Part shown: one piece after another, positions 24,201 to 34,169 of the stretch
Position numbering within the stretch: the first letter of the stretch is position 1
Layout: each line of letters opens with the position of its first letter
Assembly (NCBI GenBank): GCA_905178155.1
Contig: CAJINV010000006.1
Coordinates: forward strand, 4,180,356 to 4,220,959
Direction of reading: 5' to 3'
DNA: 40,604 nucleotides
Source: Amoebophrya sp. A120
Lineage: Eukaryota; Protista; Dinoflagellata
The notes under the pieces: model-generated
What the model saw: only the letters and a program-made list of their open reading frames with translations
What the model was told of the DNA's origin: nothing
Databases searched by the model: none
Translations under genes and position numbers: made by a program

Positions 24201-26667
24201 CCGTAAATTATCGTCCAGCACCATCACTTCACCCTCATATTGCCCTTGTTCCTCCTCCACTACACTATCGTGGTCCGCAGGAACCAAATTGTAGTCATCT
24301 TCCCTATCCCTTTGCAACGAACTCCTAGTATCTCCGTAAACCAGAAAAGAAGGGTCGTCGTTCGGGCCGGCGGTCGCGAAATTTATCCTATGTACAAACG
24401 GGGCCCACACCCCAGAGTCAAGACGGGGAATCGGCTAGCCAAATCCACAAGCTTTGGCTGTTTTGCATGACAAATTTTAACTCGTAGTGTAGTACTTTTT
24501 GACGTAGTTCAGCAGCATCACAGGTCTAGCATATCATGTTGATTGGAGCATGACAAATTGAAATTTCAGAACGCGACTAAATATAAATGCTTCTCATGGG
24601 GCTCCGCATGAGAAGCATTTTCAGCATGCAGATTTGCATTACAGCTATGGGGTGGGGACGTTTTCAAATACGATAAAATTCTCCCAGTCATCTTCCGCCG
24701 CGGCGAGCGGATCAATTGCAAATATGTGGTCTGGGTCGGAAGTAGATTCTGAGACTTGTCCTGCACGTTTTGCATGAGCCCTAATCGATCTGTGATGCAT
24801 GCCGTAGCATCACATATTTTTTGAGGGGTTCTTGCTGGTGCCGATTCCGCATGACAAATACTCCTACTACCTCCGCGTAGAAAAAATCGCATTCCCTTTG
24901 GTGATGGTGCTGCTCATGCAATCCAAATTTTTTTGGGAACCAAATGCAGCAGCACAAGTTGCAACCTCCCAGACCCAGATCGATATTTGCAACACATAGA
25001 GCGGATCCCCAAGCAACTTCCGCTTCAGACTCGCCCCTTCCTGGTAGGACACATAGCGGCCGCTCTTGGGCTATCCTGTGTAAAAACGTGCCCGCCCCAG
25101 GGCTGTCATGCAAATGCGCAATGACAGGAACATTTGTAATGCGCATCTCCATGAGAGGCATTTCCAGTCGTATTGTGGCATTTGTAATGCTGTAAACAGG
25201 ATGAGAAAGTGCCCTACTCGTGCGGCTTTCCTTGCTAGGCAGCACTACACTGCACATGGAAACTTGTCATGCAGAACTCCCAAAACTTGGGGATTTGTGT
25301 TGCAGACTTCCCATCTTGACTATGGTATGGGGACGTTTTTACATCGGATATGGGCGAGGAGGAGGACTTGTTGTTGTAACCCCGCGAGGACGTGGTGCTC
25401 GACGGCAGATCTATTATGGACAAAGACCGGGACTTTACGATGCGGCTGCCTTGGTTGAGATGTCGCCCAGACGTCGACCCCCGGGGCATGAATTGGTGTT
25501 GTGAAGTTCTTGTGCTAGCAGGCGTATGCTCATCTCGTGAGATGTTGAAATCTCCGCGACTACGACCAGGCAGATCCTGGACCCCATCGTCCTCCAGAAA
25601 CCTTGTTAAATAAAATGGATCGTCCTCCCCCGGTCGTGCTTGGAGGAGGGGTCCACCACTTCCCAGCATGATCTCGTCTTCACCTAGTTCCCGGCTCTCG
25701 GACCGGGAGAGCAGGAGCTCCTCGTCGTCGTGGTGGGAAGCGAAGTTCATGCCTCCCGGCGGCAGCGACGCGGATTTGACGGGCAGAAACAGCAAGTCAT
25801 CTTCTCTCCTGAGTGAAAACGTCCCCACCCCAGAGTTGTCATGCAAATGCGCAATGGCAGGAACATTTGTAATGCGCGGATCCTTGAGAGGCATTTCCAA
25901 TCGTGTTTTGGTATTTGTAATGGTGTAAACAGGATGAGAAAGTGGCTTTCTCATGCGGCTTCCCTTGCCAACTAGCAATACACTGCAGAGCGAGACTTGT
26001 CATGCACAGCTCCCAAAACTTGGAGATTTGTGTTGCTAGATTCCCAATTTGACCATGGGGTGGGGGCGTTTTTGCTCAGGATATCTTCCGGCCCCTCGTC
26101 TTCCTCGGACAGGATCGCCGGCAGATTCGAAAACTGCACCTCCTTGGTCGGTTGCCGTGCGGGTTGCACTTGCGGCGCTACCGGCGGTGCGACTATTGTG
26201 CCCGCGGAAGATTTTTTCGTTTGGTCGTGCCCAGGCCCTGACGCAGTCGCAGGCGGTGGTGGGGGAGGAGGCGGGGGTGGGGGTGGTACTGATAGATTAA
26301 TTGCGCCTCCTTTGTTGTTGGAGTTGGTCTTAGTTTGACTTGGCACAGCACCACCACCCGCATGAACATCACTTCTTCCCTCTTCTCGTCCCCGCCCCGG
26401 CTGGGGTACTAAGTGATCGTGCGCCGACATGGACGAGGACTCTCCTGCTCCCGATGTTGGCACGACCAGAGAGCGTGGTGGAGGCGCGGCCGGGGTTCTG
26501 GCCACCGCTGGAGCCCCACTGGTCGAAGTCTCCTGCTTCGAAACACGCCCGGGCGGGGGTCGTGGCTGCGGCTCCGGCTGACTGGCGGTAGTCGGATTTT
26601 TGCCCCGCCCCCGCGGGTCTTTGTTCCCGGAAGTAGAGCGGTCTACTTCTTGCTGGTTTTCTACCAT
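12204..26667 (-). CDS. Voltage-gated cyclic-nucleotide-binding-domain K+ channel (EAG/KCNH/HCN/plant Shaker-like superfamily), 31 exons, ~2,076 aa
   Basis: The spliced ORF has S1 (LYVTFVTPFEVVFL), S2 (ICDRVVDGCFITHMFLQF), S3 (NYLSTWFLIDFLAVFP), S4 (LRNIRLLRLFELLRLAR), S5 (HWLACIWAY), pore YAVSLYYALMTLTSIGYGD, S6 (ERFFGCVMMFLAGMLWTAVIG), C-linker (ISPNLQAEL) and CNBD (GRYWGDDVIL...AALTYCEC). Removing 30 elements (+5 bp each) leaves 6231 nt = 2077 codons. Confidence 0.92.
12244..12520. mobile_element. Introner-like element, family A
   Basis: A-type TIR; DR CCGAC/CCGCC. Confidence 0.9.
12609..12918. mobile_element. Introner-like element, family B
   Basis: B-type TIR; DR AAATC/AAATC. Confidence 0.88.
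13002..13262. mobile_element. Introner-like element, family A
   Basis: A-type TIR; DR GACGG/GACGG. Confidence 0.92.
13539..13759. mobile_element. Introner-like element, family G
   Basis: TATGCAAGAAAAAAACTATGTGAG vs TACGCCTGGAAAAAACTGTGTAAG; DR GTCGG/GTCGG. Confidence 0.82.
13937..14198. mobile_element. Introner-like element, family A
   Basis: A-type TIR; DR AGAGT/AGAGG. Confidence 0.92.
14578..14846. mobile_element. Introner-like element, family A
   Basis: A-type TIR; DR GGTGC/GGTGC. Confidence 0.92.
14900..15195. mobile_element. Introner-like element, family B
   Basis: B-type TIR (left tip TATCAAATGCAAAA is A-like); DR CGTGC/CGTGC. Confidence 0.9.
15418..15573. mobile_element. Introner-like element, family E
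   Basis: E-type TIR; DR ACTGC/ACTGC. Confidence 0.9.
15755..16014. mobile_element. Introner-like element, family A
   Basis: A-type TIR; DR ACGTA/ACGTA. Confidence 0.9.
16092..16423. mobile_element. Introner-like element, family C
   Basis: C-type TIR; DR GCCTC/GCCTC. Confidence 0.92.
16486..16634. mobile_element. Introner-like element, family E
   Basis: E-type TIR; DR ACTTT/ACTTT. Confidence 0.9.
16670..16941. mobile_element. Introner-like element, family A
   Basis: A-type TIR; DR AGCGA/AGCGA. Confidence 0.92.
17011..17336. mobile_element. Introner-like element, family C
   Basis: C-type TIR; DR GGCTT/GGCCC; lies inside the CNBD. Confidence 0.9.
17614..17938. mobile_element. Introner-like element, family C
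   Basis: C-type TIR; DR GGTTG/GGTTG. Confidence 0.92.
18001..18249. mobile_element. Introner-like element, family F
   Basis: TIR TATGAGAGT..CACA..CTCCCCCTCG; DR TCGTT/TCGTT. Confidence 0.9.
18312..18596. mobile_element. Introner-like element, family B
   Basis: B-type TIR; DR AGTTG/AGTTG. Confidence 0.92.
18686..18947. mobile_element. Introner-like element, family A
   Basis: A-type TIR; DR CGCCG/CGCCG. Confidence 0.92.
19028..19176. mobile_element. Introner-like element, family E
   Basis: E-type TIR; DR TGGCG/TGGCG; just after the GYGD filter. Confidence 0.92.
19865..20171. mobile_element. Introner-like element, family D
   Basis: Perfect TIR TATGGAAGCGTCAGGTTTGAAATCG; DR GGTGA/GGTGA. Confidence 0.92.
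20936..21216. mobile_element. Introner-like element, family B
   Basis: B-type TIR; DR TTCAG/TTCAG. Confidence 0.92.
21363..21678. mobile_element. Introner-like element, family C
   Basis: C-type TIR; DR GCTTG/GCTTG. Confidence 0.92.
21730..22037. mobile_element. Introner-like element, family D
   Basis: D-type TIR; DR CCGCC/CCGCC. Confidence 0.92.
22487..22810. mobile_element. Introner-like element, family C
   Basis: C-type TIR; DR TGGAG/TGGAG. Confidence 0.9.
23009..23182. mobile_element. Introner-like element, family G (fold-back)
   Basis: ~60-bp inverted arms; DR CTTCG/TTTCG. Confidence 0.88.
23263..23526. mobile_element. Introner-like element, family A
   Basis: A-type TIR; DR CACGG/CACGG. 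Confidence 0.92.
23567..23875. mobile_element. Introner-like element, family C
   Basis: C-type TIR; DR TCCGC/TCCGC. Confidence 0.92.
24384..24675. mobile_element. Introner-like element, family B
   Basis: B-type TIR; DR AAATT/AAATT. Confidence 0.9.
24710..24998. mobile_element. Introner-like element, family A
   Basis: A-type TIR (left end GAT); DR GAGCG/GAGCG. Confidence 0.88.
25072..25350. mobile_element. Introner-like element, family B
   Basis: B-type TIR; DR TGGGC/TGGGC. Confidence 0.92.
25805..26083. mobile_element. Introner-like element, family B
   Basis: B-type TIR (left end TCT); DR TCTTC/TCTTC. Confidence 0.92.
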
Positions 26668-27120
26668 GATATTCAATGTAGAATCTGTGAAGAAATGTAG
26701 AACGTGCAGCGAGGTAAGTTCTTCTTTCAGTACATGGGTAATTGTACTTTATCAAATTATGATTTTCGTCGCACTAGTGGTCATGTTTCTCCAGTCCTTC
26801 TTTCCATCGACTTTTGGAGAAGGAACTGCGCAGGTGTAGGATGATGAAAAGTGGATAATGATAATGATAATGTCTACTGGGTGGACGATGAAGAGTAAAT
26901 TGAATCATCTTCGTAGTTGGTTTTGATGTTTATCTTTAGGGGGTAAGTAACAAAAAGCGCTGGGTCCTCGACGTGATAGATTACTTATTAATCCTCTGTG
27001 GTAGTGAAGAAAATGAAAACTTGAAACAGTAGAAACTGGTACAATGCCAAAGCCTTCTGTACGCACGAACGGAAACGGAACGTTGTGTCAAGTAAAAACT
27101 CACAGGACCGGTTATCAAGT

Positions 27121-27196
27121 CTGCACGACAGAGAGGACTACTGATGCCTTGAAGCTGCACGACAGAGAATGACGGATTGAAACTGCACGACAGAGA
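27121..27196. repeat. Three copies of CTGCACGACAGAGA
   Basis: Exact 14-mer at 27121, 27155 and 27183. Confidence 0.8.
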
Positions 27197-28871
27197 ACGA
27201 GCACACACCGAGGCCACGTCGATAAGTAGCTATCAAGGAAAGCGTTTATATATCATTCCAAGTGCACGAACCGATATTTCTTGACGTATGTAGTAACCGA
27301 ATTTTTTATCACGAGAAACAGAGCAGCTGCTCAACGGGACCGGATGAGGCAGGTGGTAAATAGCAAACCATTCTGATGAACATGACCGGCGAGCGAGAGC
27401 TACGACCACTCTTCAACACGGAAATGTGTTTCGATTATCCCGGAATAATAAATGGAGTTCTGGCAGCTGCTGCACTTTTTCATGCGAAGTAGAGTGCGGA
27501 CTCCTACTACAGAAGCACGACTGCATCTGGGAGAAACGGAAGTCGACGATTGAGTCTTGTTGTTCGTGTAGTCTCACAGAAGTACTGTTAGCGGCGGAAG
27601 AGGATCTTCATCGTGGTATTGGCTCTTATAATTTCCAGCGGTATCTACTAAGTTGGTGACGTTCTTAGAAGCTCCTTTTACTCACTGCATTTCCATGAAG
27701 CAAGAAGCCCCCTCGCATTTATACAAATAGAGCGCACTTAGCATCATCTCGAGTACTTTTGTGGTCGATGACGCTGGCTTGTTCTCGCAACTCTTAACGC
27801 TCGCTGTTCTCCCCAGTTGTGGTTTTTAGATAGTAGTAGTAGGAGTAATTTTGGACAACTCTAGGCCGTTACAACGCACGCACGGTGAGGGCAAAAGTGA
27901 ACTACGAGCTAGGATTTGTACTAGGTTGTTCAAACTAGGTTCGAAACCGAGTATAATACGAGTAGTAGTTCCTTTTAGAAAGAATAGCCGCGTATTTGAT
28001 ATTCACCGCAGTAGGTAGTTGTAGTCCAGGAGCCGCAACAGATGTTGAAATCAAGGCAGTGTAACTCTGTAAAATTCCAGGTAGGGACGGTAAAGAAAGC
28101 CTGAAGATAGTTCTCGTGAGGCGCGGCGAAAAGTACTAGAACCCCCGTGGGTTGTAAGAGTAAATGAGTTCTCAGTTGGACGAGACCACACCGCACCATC
28201 CGCGAGAGAACGCGTATGGCCTTCCGCGTAGGCTATTGGTGTTTGGTGTTTGGTGTAAAGATGTTGTTGCCTCAACGAGGTCGGACGTGGGCGAAGTTCA
28301 AGTGTGGAGAGTGAAGGTGATCGTTTTTTCGGTATAAAGTTGTATAGTGGATCATCAATTTAAGGAAAACCGACAGTCAGGTGCTGTCATCTGAAATGAT
28401 ATTCAAGCTGAAAATAAAAAGGAAGCGACTTCTCCTGATGAAGAGCCGAGTTCTAGTAAAGTGCGCTAACGGGAGTAACGGCAATAATAGTATTTGTGCC
28501 ACTACAACCTCTGTGGCGTTTTTTTATCTCTAGAAAGTATCACCGCTTTTTCACCAATTGTGATGCGAGAGGTGGAGGAGAAAGTATCAACTTGTTTTTG
28601 AAGGCAATTTAGTCGTGAGTGTAGTTGTGGCAACAAGATGCTTAGAGGCTAATCGTGACAGGAAGGCATAGCAATACCTGCAAGCAACAGTCTCTACTTC
28701 TTAGCCTTAAGACTACATGTAGCTGGGCGCTATAACAACAAGCTCAATCATCAAATCCGAAGAGGGTGAATAAGTACATGTGACATCAAAGTGAGTTTCT
28801 CATGCGTACGAGCGCGACAAAGTGAATCTGTCATGCTGTGCGACATGATGAACTACATTCTCTTTTCATCA

Positions 28872-31800
28872 TCACCTCCCCGAGTCCTCCCCGTCTAGTC
28901 TGTGGCCCTTTCCTATGAGAGTGCACAACTACCTCCCCCTTTGCCTCATTTGTTGTAGAACCTCTGCAGCAACAGAAACAACATAGAGGATGCAGCTTCC
29001 GCATGACAAACCCACATCCTAGAACTTGTATATGCAAACCCACGTCCGGACTGCAGTGCAGTCTGGGCAGCAGCTCGTCCAAGTGCAAGTGGAACCTGTA
29101 TAATGCAATCACAGCCAAAAGATCCAGGTGGCTTAGGCAGGATTTCTATGCCGTTTCGCATGACAAATGAAAGGGAAAGGGGGAGTTCTGCTGCACCTTT
29201 CCTATTTCCGGCAAAGGGTTGGATCGGCTCTATCCTATGTAAAAACGTCCCCACACCATAGCTAAGATGGGAAGTCTGCAACACAAATCCCCAAGTTTTG
29301 GGAGTTCTGCATGACAAGTTTCCATCTGCAGCGTAGGGCTGGCTAGCAAGTAAAGCCGCATGAGAAAGCCATTTCCTCATCCTGTTTACAGCATTACAAA
29401 TACCAAAACACGACTGGAAATGCCCCTCATGGAGATGCGCACTACAAATGTTCCTGTCATTGCACATTTGCATGACAACTCTGGGGTGGGGACGTTTTTG
29501 CTTAGGGTAGGCTCTCCGCCTCCGCTATCAACTGCAAATATGTTGTCTGGGTCCTCTGGAAGCGTGCAAACTTGTCATGCTTGTCTCACATTGACTCTTG
29601 AATCTGTAATGCCTGGGCAGGAAAAGGGCCTCGTCTTGCCTGTCAGGCGAAAAGAACGCGCTTTGCCATGCAGAAAACGAAACACATAGAAGCTCAAAAA
29701 CTTGTCATGCTTAGCTGTGCATTACAGTGTTTGCCCATCTCAATCACAGATGTGCATCACAAGGTTCCAGAAGAACTACACCCGACATATTTGCATTCGA
29801 TATCCTCCCGCGCCGGCGACGCCCGGCATCTGGGGTTGCGAGGGTCCTCTTGAACCTGTATCAAAAGGAAAAATCCCCCCTCCCCACATCAAAACGAGAT
29901 TTCTGATGCTGGATTTGAGTACACAAATCAGGTTTGTATTGCAGGAAAGCATTGCAGTCAGATCCCCAGGCTAGGCAGGGGCGTATGCGTCGAGTTGTTC
30001 AGCATGGCAAGCGGCTCCCCTTTAGGCCCAACAGCATGACAAATCGCTTCCATAGTGTGGCGGAAGCTTCTGCCGTTGTCTTCTTGCAATACAAATGTGA
30101 TTTGCGACCTCAAATCAGCAACACAAATTTTCGAAAACATACCTTTTCGATATGGGGAGGGGGGATTTTTGCTTTTGATAACCTGCTCCTGCTCCTGCGC
30201 CGGAATACCGACCCATGCCGCCGTAGTTCAGATTTTGGAAACCGTGGGCCTACGCTATCCTGAGTAAATAAAACGTCGTCCCCAAACTAAGTATATCTGT
30301 CATGCTATTCTGCGTGAAAAATTCTCTATCATGCGCACCTCCATGAGAAGAATTTTCCAGTCCTGCCTGGGACGAATTTGCCATGTTCGAATCAGGATAC
30401 TAAGAAAACTCCATTTGTGATGCGACTGCACCACCTAGTACTACCCTCCACCGGACTAATTAAACTGGAGGTGAAAAGATGAACTTGTGATGCGCATGAG
30501 GCAAAACTTCTTGACGATTAAATTTTGCTCAGGATATGCGCGAGGGACTGCATCGCCTGGAGCTCGTTCTCTTGGAAGTCTTGGTACAGCTGTTGATTTT
30601 GTATTTTCATCTTCTAAACCAGCGTCTTCCTGTCTTGCAAAAACAACAGACGTCTGCAAAAAGAAAAACAACTTCACCAGACGTGGACGTGCATGTGGCA
30701 GCAAAAATAAAACCGCTTGCTACCGCATGACAAAAAATGACACTAGAAATAATTTCCTACCTTGTAGCCTAGTATGGCTCCAAAAATTTCGGACAGCGCG
30801 CCCAGCCATGACACGGTGTATGAAATGCAAAAGTGTCTGGGTCTGGAAGAATGCAAGTTTGTCATGCTTGTCTGGCACGACTCAGAAATCTGTGACGCAT
30901 GAGCAGGAAAAGTGCCTCTTGCCTGTTGTGCAAAAATGCAGTTTGTCATGCGGAAAACGAAATATAAAGGAGCCCAGAGACTTGTCATGCGTGGCTGCGT
31001 ATTGCAGTGTGCCCACCAGACACAGACTAGCATCACAAGTTTCCAGACCCAGACATATTTGCAATCCATACGGTGAGAACGACGACAATCTGCCAGACCG
31101 GTACCGTATGCTCTGCAAACCTGTCTGTAAATCCGAAGAGACCCGGCTTTGTGATGCATAGTAGAAAGTACAACTTGGGATGAAGATCACGCGAAATCAT
31201 GTCTGTGTTGCATGACCGCCAAAAGCTGCCCCCTTTGCACTCCACATCAAACAAGTCGTGATAGAAGTAGGAGGTGGCAGTGCTGGGAGGTGGCAGTCGC
31301 AAAAGCTATGAAGATGCTTTGCCGTGCATTCCGGGTGATTTGCATTTGCGTGATCATCCAAAAGTTGCATTGCAAGAAATATTAACAGCCGCACTCTTAC
31401 GGAGGACGCAGACATCATATTTGCAGCGGATATACTTTTGATTTGATGTCGTTTGAGGTTCCTGGAACGTCGTAGTGCTGGTAAACGTGTATTGACCGCA
31501 CCGCCGCTATTGCAAAGTCGAAACCTGATTATAGAACGAGAGTGTGTATTGGGTATTTGTTTGCATGAACAGCATGACAAGTAGCTGCTCCCATGCGAAA
31601 ACCGGTTTGACAAAGTAGCACACCATTTATAGATAGTTGTAAATTAACCTACACTACTATACCTGCATTTATGAAGCAGAAGAATGTCCACATGAAGATC
31701 CACCGGATGTGCAGGGGCGGCTCGCCGAAAGAAATCATATAGGCCATGGACACCACGAACAGCATGCACAGCGACCCCAAGTATCAAGTGCAAACGTGTC

Positions 31801-32778
31801 TGGGTCTGCAAGAGTTTTGTGTTGCTGATACTCGCATCGCAGAGTATTCCCTTGTACAGCATAACAGCATCAGAAGTTATTTTGCGCGGTGGCTCATTGC
31901 GGATTCAGACTCGCAAAACGCATGAGAAACTGAGTTTCATATAGCATGACAAAAAAATCGCCAATCGCATTTTATGCATCACAAATCCTTGTTGCCTTCC
32001 GCATTTCGCAACACAAATCCAGGCCCAGACCTGTTTTCCATGCATACCAAGGTGTCGCCGACGATCAACCTGCCGAGAACGCAGAGGAACTGGTATCAAA
32101 ATGAAACATCCCCCCTCCCCATATCGAAATGGAAACTTGTGATGCTAATTTGTGGTCAAAAATCGTGTTTGTATTGCCTATACGGCAATAGGAGCCATGT
32201 GCCGCATTCCAAAGCCAGTCTGTGGTCATGCGCTTTTGAGTACGGCAAGCCTGTTTGTCATGCGTAAGTGCTAGCCTTCTGCATGATAACCAAACAGGCT
32301 CGGAAAATGCCGCCAAGCACTTTCTGCAAGCGAAATCAGATCCTTGTACGCAAATCCAGCATCAGAAACTTCGTTTTGATATTATGGGGAGGGGGGATTT
32401 TTCCGCACAATAACTGGATTACCCCGATGAAGATCACGAATTTATGGATTGCAAAAATGTCTGGGTCTGGAAGGATACAACTTGCGATGCTACTTTTGGA
32501 ATCTACATAAAATCTGTATTGCATGAACGGCAAAAGAGGTGTAATTTGTGCTACGCGGAGAGGGCGTTTTTCATGCGGTATGAGCATCAGAAAGCCCTCG
32601 CAAAATCTCTGATGCTAGGTCATGCATCACAGACCTCATGGGTCAAGCAAAATCTGCATGACAAACTCCTGCATTCTTCCAGACCCAGACATTTTTGCAT
32701 TTGATAGAATTTCCGCATTTGCAGCGCGAAGTTGGACGGCGGCTGGTCCGATTCGAAGACGTGCGCTGGGAAGATCAT
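28872..32778 (-). CDS. Four-TM membrane protein with Gly-rich tail and C-terminal SHP box (p97/Cdc48-binding motif), 13 exons, 223 aa
   Basis: Removing 10 elements (+5 bp each) and 2 GT-AG introns gives 672 nt: MIFPAHVFE...FVIFIGVIQFLCVLGRLIVGDTLGSLCMLFVVSMAYMISF...WIFMWTFFCFINAGFDFAIAAV...WQIVVVLTVSWLGALSEIFGAILGYKLY...IQPFAGKGHRLDGEDSGR*. FAGKGHRL fits the SHP consensus FxGxGxxL. Confidence 0.8.
28914..29204. mobile_element. Introner-like element, family F
   Basis: F-type TIR; DR TTTCC/TTTCC; splits the SHP box. Confidence 0.88.
29231..29509. mobile_element. Introner-like element, family B
   Basis: B-type TIR; DR GGCTC/GGCTC. Confidence 0.92.
29526..29802. mobile_element. Introner-like element, family A
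   Basis: A-type TIR; DR TCCGC/TCCTC. Confidence 0.88.
29859..30180. mobile_element. Introner-like element, family C
   Basis: C-type TIR; DR ACCTG/ACCTG. Confidence 0.92.
30256..30536. mobile_element. Introner-like element, family B (diverged)
   Basis: TIR TATCCTGAG.AAA; DR TACGC/TGCGC. Confidence 0.85.
30590..30760 (-). other. Canonical GT-AG intron with element-type internal motifs
   Basis: GTAGG...AACAG, phase 0 (GYK|LYQ); contains GCATGACAAA and TGTCTTGC. Confidence 0.75.
30819..31070. mobile_element. Introner-like element, family A
   Basis: A-type TIR; DR CGGTG/CGGTG. Confidence 0.92.
31107..31432. mobile_element. Introner-like element, family A (diverged)
   Basis: TATGCTCTGCAAAC..TGTCTG vs TATCCGCTGCAAAT..TGTCTG; DR TACCG/TACTT; frame restored. 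Confidence 0.78.
31525..31662 (-). other. Canonical GT-AG intron, probably a decayed element
   Basis: GCAG|GTATAG...TATAATCAG|GT restores INAGFDF; contains CTTGTCATGC. Confidence 0.78.
31782..32046. mobile_element. Introner-like element, family A
   Basis: A-type TIR; DR CCAAG/CCAAG. Confidence 0.88.
32094..32412. mobile_element. Introner-like element, family C
   Basis: C-type TIR; DR ACTGG/ACTGG. Confidence 0.9.
32443..32706. mobile_element. Introner-like element, family A
   Basis: A-type TIR; DR GAATT/GAATT. Confidence 0.92.
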
Positions 32779-34169
32779 TTTTTCTCCTTCACGGCTCCTG
32801 GCGACCAGGTCGTGTAAAACCTAGAGCAAAGCGCCGGCGGGGAAATGTTGATGATCGACACGACAGGGCGGCGGTCTCGTCGTTGCGGGGAAGTCGAACA
32901 GATGAGGGATATCCGGCTAGTCCGGCAACTTACAAGGTGACAGTGATGCGAGGCCGAGCTACTTTTATTTATGCTGGTGCGACGAGTTGTCCTCGGGCGC
33001 GCGGAGGACGGTGGAAGACCAGCTTGTGTAGTTCTAATAGCAAAACCCACCGGGTCGTGCGACGACAAAATCGGTGAGAATTTTCTTTCCTGTGCAGGTC
33101 CTCGTGGCTTTACAACGCCGTGTTCTTGGGCCGCATCTTGTCCTTCCTGCCGGGCACAACGCAAGAAGTTGCGCCCTGACGATTTTTCGGCCGCCGGCCC
33201 GGAACGGCCGCGCGTCGCGACATAGAGATTTTTTTGTCTAGCCAGATCTTATTTGTAGTTGTACTTCATCTCTTCGGTCTTTAATATTTTTATCCTAGCT
33301 AGCACGTCATTTTTTCGTCTGTACACATCAAGAACTACAGGATATTACTATTCGACACACTTCATGTGAAGATCCCGACTCAAATCAAAGTTTTAAGTCA
33401 TTCACGCTACGGCGTCAAATGAAATCAAGATATAGTAATTTCCGACCTCGAATAAAAGCTTCACGTTTTTTCGCGCTCAACGCGCAGCGCAGGCCAACAA
33501 GCCGAAACCATTTTTCCGGGCAACAAGCCAAAACTATTTTTCCAAATTTCAATATTCTCTCGATGTATTTCGCTACCACTCGACCGGGCATGCTGCTTTT
33601 TTGGCCCTCTCTACTAGTTGTAAGTACCCATGTTGGTACCATCTCTCAACAAAACTTCGACTTTCACTTCACGCCGTTATTGTCCCTCCATGATGATCAC
33701 ACCATTGTCCTCTATTATCCCTCCAAATCGCTTTTGCTTTTGCGGCACTCAACGTGGTTCGACTCGTTTGATCCCGAAGTGACAAAGATTTTTTGTTACT
33801 AGACGACTTCTTCTACGTGACGGAAATTAAAAGGAATTCGGTGTTGACTGCGTTTAGTAGAGAAGAAACATTTCCACCACGACCGGAAACGTACTCCACA
33901 AGGCCGGATGCTGTTTTTGCCAAGCTATATTTCGATTTCCTGCCGGTAATCTTTATAATCTACAGTTCTGTTTATCTTCCAGCACATTTTACAGTTTAGA
34001 ATTTTGTCCAATTATCTTCACTTCTGCGTAGAACAATTGCGAGCCAGCTCACAAGGGAGGCTCGTATTCAGTTCGTCTTCGCAAAGTTCAAGCAAGTTCA
34101 TTTCTCTTCATCCAACGATGATAGAATAGATTCGACGACGCATTCGCAGTTAACCAAACCAGGTGAGCA

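Noticed and set aside
28555-28850. Scattered element motifs (TTGTGATGC, TTCTCATGC, CTGTCATGC) downstream of the stop at 28872
   Set aside because: Possibly a relic element, but no TIR or DR could be delimited.
32775-33164. ORF upstream of the 4-TM gene as an N-terminal extension
   Set aside because: It is in a different frame and stops overlapping the ATG at 32778, and an in-frame TAG lies shortly upstream of that ATG.
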